From the NCBI GenBank assembly GCA_015655035.1, contig JAATFS010000353.1:1-40447 (forward strand): a stretch of 40,447 nucleotides of DNA. Reading direction: 5' to 3'. Shown here piece after piece: positions 14,256 through 25,238 of this stretch. Made by a program: the position numbers and the translations under genes. The DNA comes from Lysobacterales bacterium (lineage in GTDB: Bacteria > Pseudomonadota > Gammaproteobacteria > Xanthomonadales > Xanthomonadaceae). The notes beneath the pieces were generated by a model, which saw nothing but the letters and a program-made list of their open reading frames with translations, searched no databases and was not told where the DNA came from. Numbering within the stretch: the stretch's first letter is position 1; every line of letters starts with the position of its first letter.

Positions 14256-15491
14256 TCATGTCTCGTCGTCCTCGCTGCCATCGTTCAGCTGGTAGTGGCC
14301 TTGCTCGAGCAACTCCAGCACGACCGCGCGGCCGCCAGCGGATAGCTGGGCGTAGCCGCCGCCGTCGAGCTGCTCGGCGGCGGCCAGCCGTTGCGCATCC
14401 TTGATCGAAAGGGCGAACTCCAGGCCGGTACAGAACAGCACCGCGCCACGCTTGGCGCGGCGCCAGGCCAGGCGCGACCATGGATGCCGGAACAGCACGG
14501 CCCCGGCGGAAAGTGCCTGCTCCAGCTGCGCTTGCGAGGGTGCGGCCTGGGAGGGCATCACGTCGCCCGCTGCGCGATAGGTGGTCATGAATCGACCAAA
14601 CCAGTTGCCGAGCTTGTCGGGATCGTTCATGCGCAGGGCGTTGAGGGCCTCCACCACGCGGGTCATCGCGGTCGCGTCGATCTCGTAGCGATCGGTTGGC
14701 AGGGCGAGGTCCTCGTCGTGGTAGCGCACGGCTTCGTCGGCATCGGCGATCAGGGTGTCCAGGTAATCGCCGATCAGTTCGCTGGCCGACGGGGCGCGCA
14801 TGCCGACCGAGAAGGTCAGGCAGGGGTCTTCGGCGATGCCGTGATGCGGCACCAGCGGTGGCAGATACAGCATGTCCCCAGGCGCCAGCACCCAGTCGTG
14901 GGTCGGGACGAACCGCCGCAACAGCTTGATATCGACGTCGTCGCGGAATTCCAGCGACGGTGGCTTGCGCCCCATTGCCGTGCTCGCATCGATCTGCCAG
15001 CGGCGATGGCCATGGCCTTGCAGCAGGAACACGTCGTAGTGATCCACATGCGCGCCCACCGAGCCGCCAGTCGCCGCGAAGCTGATCATGATGTCGTCGA
15101 TCCGCCAGCGCGGCAGGAAGTTGAACTGTTCCAGCACCGCGCGCACGTCGGCATCCCACTTGTCCACGTCCTGTACCAATAAGGTCCAGTCGTGGTCGGG
15201 CAGGCCGGGGAAGTCCTCTTCGAGGAACGGTCCGGTACGTACGTTCCACACGTCGCTGGCGCGGTCGTGGCTGATCAGCCTCGCCAGTACGCCTTCTTCG
15301 CAGGCCAGTCCGGCCAGGTCCTCGGGTGCCACCGGCGTCTGGAAGTCCAGGAAGGCGTTGCGGATCAGCAGCGGCCGCTTGTGCCAGTAGTCGCGCAGGA
15401 AGCGCTCGGCGGGCATGCCCAGTGGCTGTTGCCGGGTGGCGACGATCTCGAACGGCAAATCAGCGTGGGAGCGGGAGGATTTCTTGGTCAT
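14256..15491 (-). CDS. roxA: JmjC/cupin 2-oxoglutarate oxygenase, RoxA/YcfD (ribosomal L16 Arg hydroxylase)-like
   Basis: FLRDYWHKRPLLIR, WTLLVQ, PRWRIDDIMISFA, HxD in GAHVDHYDVFLLQG, PGDMLYLPP..HHG; start reassigned to ATG 15491. Confidence 0.88.
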   Translation of the reverse strand: MTKKSSRSHADLPFEIVATRQQPLGMPAERFLRDYWHKRPLLIRNAFLDFQTPVAPEDLAGLACEEGVLARLISHDRASDVWNVRTGPFLEEDFPGLPDHDWTLLVQDVDKWDADVRAVLEQFNFLPRWRIDDIMISFAATGGSVGAHVDHYDVFLLQGHGHRRWQIDASTAMGRKPPSLEFRDDVDIKLLRRFVPTHDWVLAPGDMLYLPPLVPHHGIAEDPCLTFSVGMRAPSASELIGDYLDTLIADADEAVRYHDEDLALPTDRYEIDATAMTRVVEALNALRMNDPDKLGNWFGRFMTTYRAAGDVMPSQAAPSQAQLEQALSAGAVLFRHPWSRLAWRRAKRGAVLFCTGLEFALSIKDAQRLAAAEQLDGGGYAQLSAGGRAVVLELLEQGHYQLNDGSEDDET

Positions 15492-15748
15492 GGACGAAAG
15501 CGGGCCGAAGGTGCGGATGCGGGGTATGGAAGGAGTGCAGGCGTATTTTGTGGAACGTGCTGGGCACCGGCATTGAGCCAGATCAATCGCGGCAGATCCG
15601 CGTTCGGTCGAGGTGTGCGCAGGCGCGTTGGGAGGAGGGGGTGGCGAGAAACCGGCGGGCACGCACCGCCGGAACGGGCCGGTCCAGGCCGGGACCGGCC
15701 GCTGCCGAGCGCGCCGCGTGGCTGAGGCCAGGACGCGCGCGTGTCCAT
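15488..15748 (-). CDS. Possible Pro/Arg-rich bridging ORF (86 aa)
   Basis: ATG 3 nt after purB stop; its TGA overlaps the cupin ATG (ATGA); sequence is low-complexity with no recognisable domain. Confidence 0.3.
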   Translation of the reverse strand: MDTRASWPQPRGALGSGRSRPGPARSGGACPPVSRHPLLPTRLRTPRPNADLPRLIWLNAGAQHVPQNTPALLPYPASAPSARFRP

Positions 15749-15751
15749 GAA

Positions 15752-17269
<1,518 letters not shown>

Positions 17270-17408
17270 TCACACTCGGTCCACAAGGCCGGCGGTTGCC
17301 CGATAATGGCGGGGCCAGCCGCCGTCTCCAGCCAGCCTGTCACTCCCCCGCAACGCCTGGTGGCGCAGTGAGGGAGCTCCCTTTCAATCCAAGTTGTGGA
17401 GATTGAGC

Positions 17409-18827
<1,419 letters not shown>

Positions 18828-18855
18828 GCGCCTTTCACGGCTGAGCTGGATCGAC

Positions 18856-18886
18856 GAAAGGGCCCACATTGCTAGCGGGCTCTTTC
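18856..18886. terminator. Probable bidirectional terminator between convergent fumC and lipoprotein gene
   Basis: GAAAGGGCCC...GGGCTCTTTC hairpin with A-run and T-run flanks. Confidence 0.55.
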
Positions 18887-18904
18887 TACGTGTGATGTGC
18901 GGCT

Positions 18905-19330
18905 TCAGCGCCGCTCGGCGCGCAGGTTGCCGAAACTGTCGGCGTAGGCTTGCAGTGGCGGAATCTCCTGGAGCAGCTCGGTCTTGAGCTGCTCGATCTC
19001 TGGAGTGGTGGCCACCGGGATCGCGGCATGGTCCGGATCCGGCTTGGCCTCGGCCACGGCTTGTTGCCGCAGCATTTGCAGGTGGCCGAACAGCAACTGC
19101 AACTGAGCGCGCTTCTCATCGGGTTGCGGCAGTGCCACATCGTCGATCTTGAGCGTGCCGTCTGGCTCGATCATGGCATTGGCGGCGGGCACCCTGCGCA
19201 GGGTCACGGAGTCGCTGGTGATCGATACGCGTGGCTTGGAGCGTTCGGCACGGGCGGCCGATTGCTTGCCGCAGGCGGTCAGGGTGCAGAGCAGCAGGGC
19301 CAGGCCAAGGAAGATGAATAGCTTTTTCAT
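18905..19330 (-). CDS. Hypothetical lipoprotein (DUF2884/YggN-like)
   Basis: Signal peptide with lipobox LTAC; AMIEPDGTLKIDD; C-terminal LLQEIPPLQAYAD resembles the neighbouring remnant. Confidence 0.8.
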   Translation of the reverse strand: MKKLFIFLGLALLLCTLTACGKQSAARAERSKPRVSITSDSVTLRRVPAANAMIEPDGTLKIDDVALPQPDEKRAQLQLLFGHLQMLRQQAVAEAKPDPDHAAIPVATTPEIEQLKTELLQEIPPLQAYADSFGNLRAERR

Positions 19331-19372
19331 GGGGAAGGCGCGGAGGGAGTCCGCGCCATTGTAAGCCCGGCG

Positions 19373-19543
19373 CTAGGCGCGGCAGCCGGCAATGGCCTTG
19401 CCATCGATGTCGGCATAGGGCGCGAACGCGGGTACCTCCTTCGCCAGCGCGTCCTGTGCGCCACGCAGTGTGGCCAGGTGGTCGCAGATCTTCAGCGCTT
19501 CCTGCTCGACCTTGTCGGCTTTGATCTGTCCTTGCTCGAGGGA
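19373..19543 (-). pseudogene. 3' remnant of a DUF2884/YggN-like gene
   Basis: Stop-free 56 codons with no ATG: SLEQGQIKADKVEQEALKICDHLATLRGAQDALAKEVPAFAPYADIDGKAIAGCRA*; typical GC3 usage; not in the ORF track. Confidence 0.7.
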
Positions 19544-20113
19544 TTACTGCGTTGGCCCGGCTACGGCGCCTTGGCGGGCCAGGTAGTCGTGCACAGCGGC
19601 GTTCTTGGCCTGGTTCAAAGGCGAGCGCCATCGGCCGCGGTCGGCGAGCATGCCGAGGTTCACATCGGCACCGTGCGCGACGAGTAGTTCGACGACGTCG
19701 AGATGGCCGTTGCGGGCGGCAGCGATCAGCGGCGTTTCGTCGCCGGGAACGATGGCATTGACGTTGGCCTTGGCAGCAATGAGGCGTGCGGCGGCCGCGT
19801 GCTGGCCAGCGGCGGCTGCGGCGATGAGGGGATTGCCATCGCCGGTGACGGACAGGTCGGGCCGGGCGCCAGCACGCAGCAAGGCGTCGACGATCGCGGT
19901 ATCGCCCTGGCGCGCGGCCACGATCAAGGCGGTGCCGTCGCCACGCTGGATCGAATCCGGGGGCACGCCGTTTGCAATGAGCCGGTTCAGCGCATCCAGG
20001 TCGGCGTGTTCGGCGGCGCTCAAGAGCGCCGAGACCGTGTCGGTCTGGTTGCCTGCACAGCCACCGAGAATGGGGGTCAGCAGGGCTAGCATCAACAGGC
20101 TTCTTGGGGGCAT
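19544..20113 (-). CDS. Ankyrin-repeat lipoprotein
   Basis: Lipobox LGGC; 33-aa repeats GDGTALIVAARQGD / GDGNPLIAAAAAGQ / GDETPLIAAARNGH. Confidence 0.9.
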   Translation of the reverse strand: MPPRSLLMLALLTPILGGCAGNQTDTVSALLSAAEHADLDALNRLIANGVPPDSIQRGDGTALIVAARQGDTAIVDALLRAGARPDLSVTGDGNPLIAAAAAGQHAAAARLIAAKANVNAIVPGDETPLIAAARNGHLDVVELLVAHGADVNLGMLADRGRWRSPLNQAKNAAVHDYLARQGAVAGPTQ

Positions 20114-20146
20114 GGATCTGGCCTCGGGGCAGGGGGGCGACGAGTG

Positions 20147-20971
20147 TCAGTCTTTGCTGGGCAGGTGCACGGCGCCGCTGACGCTGCGGTGCCGCACGTC
20201 GCCGCTGCCTTTGTGCAGTACCGTGAGATCGCCGCCGATGGTGCGTGCGTCGATGTCGCCGGAACCGATGTGGTCAACCGATACGCCGCCTTTTACCTCG
20301 GCGATATCCAGGTCGCCGGAGCCGATGCTGCCAACCGATACCGAACCGGCGACATCGGTCAGGCCGACATCGCCGGAACCGATGCGGTCGATCTGCACGG
20401 GGCCGCGCACCCCACGCACCTTCGCGTCGCCCGAGCCCAGCGACACCAGGTGCAGCGCGCCGATGTCATGCAGGGTCAGGTCGCCAGACCCAGCGGAGGC
20501 GGTGACCTGGCCCTTGATATTGTCGATGGCGACATCGCCGGAGCCCACTTCGGCGCTGAGGCTGGCCGTGCCGGTGACCCAGACGTCCCCGGATCCCACC
20601 TTCAACTTGATCGGAAGGTTGCCAGGCACGCTGCCACGGATATCGAGATAGGAATAGCTATCGCCGAAGGAAAATCGCCACTGGCGATCTTCCGCCTGGG
20701 TGACGATCAGTTGGTCGCCGACGCGTTTTTGCGTAAGCGTGAGGGCCTTCAACTGTTCGGCGTTGGCAGCGCAGGCGCGTCCTTTCAGCGTTCCGGCCTG
20801 GGCCGCTGCGGCATCCAGGTGGAGCTTGTTGGAGCCGACGTCGAACAGCACCGCCTTGACGCCGGCAAGGTCCAGCGTCAAGGCCCGTGGCGCGGAAAAC
20901 TTGCATGGTTCCTCGGCCAAGGCGGTGGCCGGCACAGCGAGCAGAATGGCGAACGTAGCGAAAATGCGCAT
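20147..20971 (-). CDS. Exported beta-strand-repeat protein (DUF4097/DUF2807 adhesin-like)
   Basis: ATG 20971 with GAGGAG SD; signal peptide ending ALA; eight xGSGD(V/L/I/A) repeats about 18-19 aa apart. Confidence 0.85.
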   Translation of the reverse strand: MRIFATFAILLAVPATALAEEPCKFSAPRALTLDLAGVKAVLFDVGSNKLHLDAAAAQAGTLKGRACAANAEQLKALTLTQKRVGDQLIVTQAEDRQWRFSFGDSYSYLDIRGSVPGNLPIKLKVGSGDVWVTGTASLSAEVGSGDVAIDNIKGQVTASAGSGDLTLHDIGALHLVSLGSGDAKVRGVRGPVQIDRIGSGDVGLTDVAGSVSVGSIGSGDLDIAEVKGGVSVDHIGSGDIDARTIGGDLTVLHKGSGDVRHRSVSGAVHLPSKD

Positions 20972-20982
20972 GAGCGTGCTCC

Positions 20983-21975
20983 TCAGGATTCGGCGCGTAT
21001 GCGGCGCGCATAGATGGACGCGGCGATGAAGGCGATCCCGACGGCCGCACCGATCCAGATGTCGGAGTTGCCATAGATCTTGGCGCTGTCGTTGTTTTGC
21101 AGCACCCACTCGATGACGCTGCTGGGGCCGCGAAGGGCGTCGCTGTCGATACTGCTGCCTTGCAGTCCGCGCGGGGACCAGGTGCCTGGCAATACGCTGA
21201 GCAGGCCGCGATAGCCAGCGATGTACCAGATCCAGCCAATCGGCAATGAAACGCCAGGCATGGAGTTGAGGATGCTGAGCATCACGCAGCCGAGCAGCGG
21301 TACCAATACCGCCCACAGAAACGGCTTGCTGTGGGCGAAGGCCGAGCAGAACATCAGCCAGCCAATCGTCGGCAGCGACCACAGCAGTCCGATCGGCACC
21401 GTCAACAGCATCAGCCAGACCAGGCGGAAGGGATGGGAGTGCGTGGCCAACGCCCACGGGCTGGGCACGCCAGCGGCGTAGGCGCCGCCGATGGCGACCA
21501 ACCATAGCGCGATGCCGACCATCAGGCCGATGGCAATCGAGATCAGCGGCGCCAGCAGCAGCGCCCATGCGGCCTTGGACAGCACGGTCTGCGTGTCCGA
21601 CACCGGTAGCGACTTCCAGAACAGGATGCTGCGATCGCGGCGGTCGTCGTACAGGCTGCCCAGCGCATAGAAGAACACCACGAACGCCAGTACCACTGCA
21701 GTGATGCCGAAGCCGGTCATCAGCAGTCCATCGCCTACCGAGCCGAGCGTACGGATGTATTCGTCGATGTCGCCGATTTGTGGCCGTTCATCGCCGACCC
21801 AGTTGCTGCGCACGGAAATCGTGCCTATCACCGCGCCCAGTACGGCGAAGAACAGGGCAATGCCACCGGTGATCAGCTGGGCCCAGAAGAAGCCGCCCCG
21901 GTGTTCCCAGAATTCGCGCTTGAGCAGCCAGGTGAACGTGCGGGTCTTGGGCAGGGTTGAAGCGACGGCGTTCAT
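20983..21975 (-). CDS. ABC-2-type permease
   Basis: WLLKREFWE, multiple TM helices, LYDDRRDRSILFWKSLPVS motif; ATGA-coupled to the ATPase. Confidence 0.9.
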   Translation of the reverse strand: MNAVASTLPKTRTFTWLLKREFWEHRGGFFWAQLITGGIALFFAVLGAVIGTISVRSNWVGDERPQIGDIDEYIRTLGSVGDGLLMTGFGITAVVLAFVVFFYALGSLYDDRRDRSILFWKSLPVSDTQTVLSKAAWALLLAPLISIAIGLMVGIALWLVAIGGAYAAGVPSPWALATHSHPFRLVWLMLLTVPIGLLWSLPTIGWLMFCSAFAHSKPFLWAVLVPLLGCVMLSILNSMPGVSLPIGWIWYIAGYRGLLSVLPGTWSPRGLQGSSIDSDALRGPSSVIEWVLQNNDSAKIYGNSDIWIGAAVGIAFIAASIYARRIRAES

Positions 21976-22847
21976 GCGTAGGTTTCCTTCATGATGGCGA
22001 CGAACAGATCGGCCAGTCCGGGCGTGCGGGTCTCGCCGAGGGCGGCAAGCTGGTCCCTGGGCACGCTGTCGTACAGCAGCACGGTCTTGCCGAAGGGCAG
22101 CGCGCGTACGTCGATCGGGGCCAGCGCGTGGGCTTCGTCCAATCTGTCGGCGGTGACCAGCAGTTCGGTGAAACGGCTGGCGAGGTGTTCCATGTCGGTG
22201 CCGAGCACGATGCGGCCATCGCGGATGAACATCACATCGGTAAGGATGTGTTCGATTTCCTCGACCTGGTGGGTGGTGACGATGATGGTCTTCTGCTCAT
22301 CGAAGTAGTCTTCCAGCAGGCGCTGGTAGAACTGCTTGCGGTAGAGGATGTCCAGGCCGAGCGTCGGCTCGTCCAGCACCAGCAGGCGCGCGTCGATGGC
22401 CATGACCAGCGCCAGGTGCAATTGCACGATCATGCCCTTGGACAGCTCGCGTACCCGCAATTTGGGGTTGAGCTGGGTATTGGCGAGAAAGCGCTCGCAT
22501 TTGACGCGGTCGAAGCGCGGATGCACGCCGGCGACGAAGTCGATGGCCTCGCCGACCTTCAGCCAGCGTGGCAGCACCGCCACGTCGGCAATGAAGCAGA
22601 CATCGTTCATCAGCGCGTTGCGCTGCTGGCGGGGGTCCCGGCCCAGTACCTGTAGATCGCCCTGGAACGAGGTCAGGCCGAGGATCGCCTTCAGCGCGGT
22701 GGTCTTGCCCGCGCCATTGGGGCCGATCAGGCCGACGATCCGGCCGGCCTCGATCTCGAAGCTGGCGCCGTCCAGCGCCACTTTGTTCTTGTAGGTCTTG
22801 CGCAGGTCGCGGGCGGAGACGACGCGTTCGTTTACAACGGCATTCAT
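21972..22847 (-). CDS. ABC transporter ATP-binding subunit (YtrB/CcmA-like)
   Basis: GPNGAGKTT, LSKGM signature, LVLDEPTLGLD; start ATG 22847 overlapping the GntR stop. Confidence 0.95.
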   Translation of the reverse strand: MNAVVNERVVSARDLRKTYKNKVALDGASFEIEAGRIVGLIGPNGAGKTTALKAILGLTSFQGDLQVLGRDPRQQRNALMNDVCFIADVAVLPRWLKVGEAIDFVAGVHPRFDRVKCERFLANTQLNPKLRVRELSKGMIVQLHLALVMAIDARLLVLDEPTLGLDILYRKQFYQRLLEDYFDEQKTIIVTTHQVEEIEHILTDVMFIRDGRIVLGTDMEHLASRFTELLVTADRLDEAHALAPIDVRALPFGKTVLLYDSVPRDQLAALGETRTPGLADLFVAIMKETYA

Positions 22848-23206
22848 GATGTTTTCCCCATGGGCAGCAATTCTTCCAAGGACAGGCCCAGCCGCCGGAT
22901 GCGTTCCAGTACGGCCGGCCATTCGTCGTTGAGAAAGCGCTCGCGCTCGTTGCCGCGCAGCTTCAACGCGGCTTCCTGGGTCATGAACATGCCCAGGCCG
23001 CGACGCTTCTCGACCAGGTTCTCGTCGGCCAGTTCCTGGTAGGCGCGGGAAACGGTGATGGGGTTGAGCTGGTACTCGGCCGCCACCTGGCGTACCGAGG
23101 GCAGGGCATCGCCCGGCTTGATGATTCCGTCCAACATCATGGCGATCACGCGCTCTTTTAGTTGTCGGTAGATGGGAGCACCATCGCTCCACTGAATGTC
23201 ACTCAT
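22844..23206 (-). CDS. GntR-family regulator, YtrA subfamily
   Basis: 120 aa; PIYRQL, LPSVRQVA, NPITVSRAYQEL, RRGLGMF; short C-terminus, upstream of ABC genes. Confidence 0.95.
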   Translation of the reverse strand: MSDIQWSDGAPIYRQLKERVIAMMLDGIIKPGDALPSVRQVAAEYQLNPITVSRAYQELADENLVEKRRGLGMFMTQEAALKLRGNERERFLNDEWPAVLERIRRLGLSLEELLPMGKTS

Positions 23207-23209
23207 TGA

Positions 23210-23458
23210 TCAGCTCCGTGGGCGCAGTGCCTGCGCGAAGGAGAAATAGGGCATCGACAGCGAAGTGCGCAGACGGCGTACGGGCCGGGTGCGAGCCTCG
23301 GGGGGAGTTGTCGGGTTTTCCTCATCTGCTGCCGAAACGCCATAATCAGCGCCGGTCTCCATGACCCGACCGGTAGCAGCTCCCAGGCATCCGGCCGCCA
23401 CTAGGACGGCGCCGCACAGCAATAGCGGAATCGGTTGATTGAAGAGCTTGCTGTTCAT
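23210..23458 (-). CDS. Small membrane-anchored/exported hypothetical protein (82 aa), first gene of the YtrA operon
   Basis: ATG 23458 after GGGGG; N-terminal hydrophobic stretch; C-terminal RRLRTSLSMPYFSFA; stop 3 nt before the GntR start. Confidence 0.7.
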   Translation of the reverse strand: MNSKLFNQPIPLLLCGAVLVAAGCLGAATGRVMETGADYGVSAADEENPTTPPEARTRPVRRLRTSLSMPYFSFAQALRPRS

Positions 23459-23482
23459 GCGGCCCCCGTGAGACGGATGACT

Positions 23483-23506
23483 GGTGTTGTATTTAACTAT
23501 AACACC
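23483..23506. promoter_or_regulatory. Probable YtrA operator
   Basis: GGTGTTGTA-TTTAAC-TATAACACC, 9-bp arms with one mismatch; AT-rich island just upstream of the GntR operon. Confidence 0.75.
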
Positions 23507-23592
23507 TATGCGCATGCGATCAACTGTTGTCGTACCCCACCAATGGCATACGCCGCAGCGTTGCCGGCACACTTCCCAAGAAGGGCTGAATC

Positions 23593-24156
23593 ATGTCAAT
23601 CAAAAGACTGCTAGGGCTTGGTTTCATTGCGTTTTCGGCGTTTTCGGGGGGTGCTGGCGCCGCGCCGTTGCTGGCCCAGGACTATCGCCCGCTGGCCGGC
23701 AAGGGCTCGGTCAACCTGAACAAGGTCTATGGCGGCAAGGTGCTGCTGGTGGTCAACACCGCCAGCAAATGCGGCTACACGGTGCAGTACGAAGGACTGG
23801 AAGGCCTGCAAAGGCGTTTCGCCAGACAGGGGTTCTCAGTGCTCGGTTTTCCTTCCAACGACTTCAAGGGCCAGGAGCCAGGGTCGGAAAAGCAGATCCA
23901 GGAATTCTGCACGCTGACCTATGGGGTCAAGTTCCCGATGTTCGAGAAGGTGCATGTCATCGGTGCCGAGGCCACGCCGCTATACCAGCGTCTGACCGCC
24001 GAAACCGGCGTGGCGCCCGCCTGGAACTTCCACAAGTACCTGATTTCGCGGGATGGCCGGGTGGTGGCGCAATTTCCCAGCAAGACCAAGCCGGATGATC
24101 CGGTGTTGCTGGCGGCGATCGAACGCGAGCTGAAAATCGCCGCGCCGTCGCCTTGA
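23593..24156 (+). CDS. Cys-type glutathione peroxidase family protein with N-terminal signal
   Basis: VVNTASKCGYT, LGFPSNDFKGQEPG, WNFHKYL; hydrophobic N-terminus ending AGA. Confidence 0.93.
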   Translation: MSIKRLLGLGFIAFSAFSGGAGAAPLLAQDYRPLAGKGSVNLNKVYGGKVLLVVNTASKCGYTVQYEGLEGLQRRFARQGFSVLGFPSNDFKGQEPGSEKQIQEFCTLTYGVKFPMFEKVHVIGAEATPLYQRLTAETGVAPAWNFHKYLISRDGRVVAQFPSKTKPDDPVLLAAIERELKIAAPSP

Positions 24157-24254
24157 TCGACGTAGCTCGAGTCAGCGCAACGCCGCGCGCGCATGCGACA
24201 ATGCCGGTTCTACGCCGGCGGCGGCGTGTTTCTTCACTTTCAGGAATACAGCGA

Positions 24255-25214
24255 ATGAAGATGGGAATGCGCGGCGCGGCGGCGTCGTTATTGATGGTGG
24301 CAATGGCGGCTTCGATGCCCGCGTTGTCGCAACAACCGGCCGCGACGGCGGCCACCAAGGAGAAGTCGGTCTTGACCTCGGATCGTGAAAAAGTCAGCTA
24401 CGCCATCGGCCTGGACGTTGCCCGTTCGTTCGAGCCCATCTCGCAGGATATCGATCTGAACGCGTTGCAGCGTGCGATCACCAATGCATTCCAGGGGGCC
24501 AAGCCGCTGTTGTCGGATGAGCAGACCCAGGCGACGGATACGGCGCTGCGTACCGCGCTGGCCGTGCGCAATGGCCAGCAGGTGCCGGGCGCCGCGCCGG
24601 GCAGCGCACCGCCGACGGTGTCCAAGGAAAGCGTCGGCTTGATGCTGGGCGACCGTGCGGTCGGTCCGTCGCTGGCCCGTATCAAGGACGAGATCGACCT
24701 GTCGGTGCTGATGCAGGCCGTGCGTACCGTGTTCGACAAGGGCACCCCGTTGCTGAGCCAGCAGGAGGCCGCTGCCACGCTGCAGGCCTTCGGTAGCGCC
24801 AAGCAGGCGGCCACCGCCGGCAAGAACCGCGAGGAAGGCAACGCCTTCCTGGCCAAGAACAAGACCGAGAAGGGCGTGATCACCACCGCTTCCGGTCTGC
24901 AATACACGGTGCTGCGCCAGGGTAGCGGCGAGCGTCCGGCGCCGACCAGCAAGGTGCGCGTCAACTACGAAGGCAAGCTGCTCGACGGCACTGTGTTCGA
25001 TAGTTCGTACCAGCGTGGCGAGCCTGCCGAGTTCGGCCTGAACCAGGTGATCCCTGGCTGGACCGAAGGCGTGGGCCTGATGCCGGTGGGTTCCAAGTAC
25101 CGCTTCTGGATCCCGTCCAACCTCGCCTATGGCCCGCAAGGGACGCAGGGTGGTCCGATCGGACCGGATGCCGCGTTGACGTTCGACGTCGAGCTGATGG
25201 GTATCCTTCCCTGA
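24255..25214 (+). CDS. FKBP-type peptidyl-prolyl isomerase (Mip/FkpA-like) with duplicated N-domain
   Basis: Signal peptide; TTASGLQY, VNYEGKLLDGTVFDSSY, VIPGWTEG, LTFDVEL; start ATG 24255 after AGGA. Confidence 0.95.
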   Translation: MKMGMRGAAASLLMVAMAASMPALSQQPAATAATKEKSVLTSDREKVSYAIGLDVARSFEPISQDIDLNALQRAITNAFQGAKPLLSDEQTQATDTALRTALAVRNGQQVPGAAPGSAPPTVSKESVGLMLGDRAVGPSLARIKDEIDLSVLMQAVRTVFDKGTPLLSQQEAAATLQAFGSAKQAATAGKNREEGNAFLAKNKTEKGVITTASGLQYTVLRQGSGERPAPTSKVRVNYEGKLLDGTVFDSSYQRGEPAEFGLNQVIPGWTEGVGLMPVGSKYRFWIPSNLAYGPQGTQGGPIGPDAALTFDVELMGILP

Positions 25215-25238
25215 TTTCGACGCGGATCATTTTTCCCC

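Noticed and set aside
20190-20610. Periodic repeats that might suggest a CRISPR-like array
   Set aside because: Degenerate, codon-phased repeats encoding xGSGD beta-strand units; no identical direct repeats or cas genes
20972-21568. Long N-terminal extension of the beta-repeat protein (and similar ones for the ABC ATPase, metH-N, LacI and cupin)
   Set aside because: These overlap upstream genes or operators; better starts exist downstream, mostly with an SD or ATGA coupling
23761-23775. Selenocysteine in the glutathione peroxidase
   Set aside because: Active-site codon is TGC (Cys); no in-frame TGA
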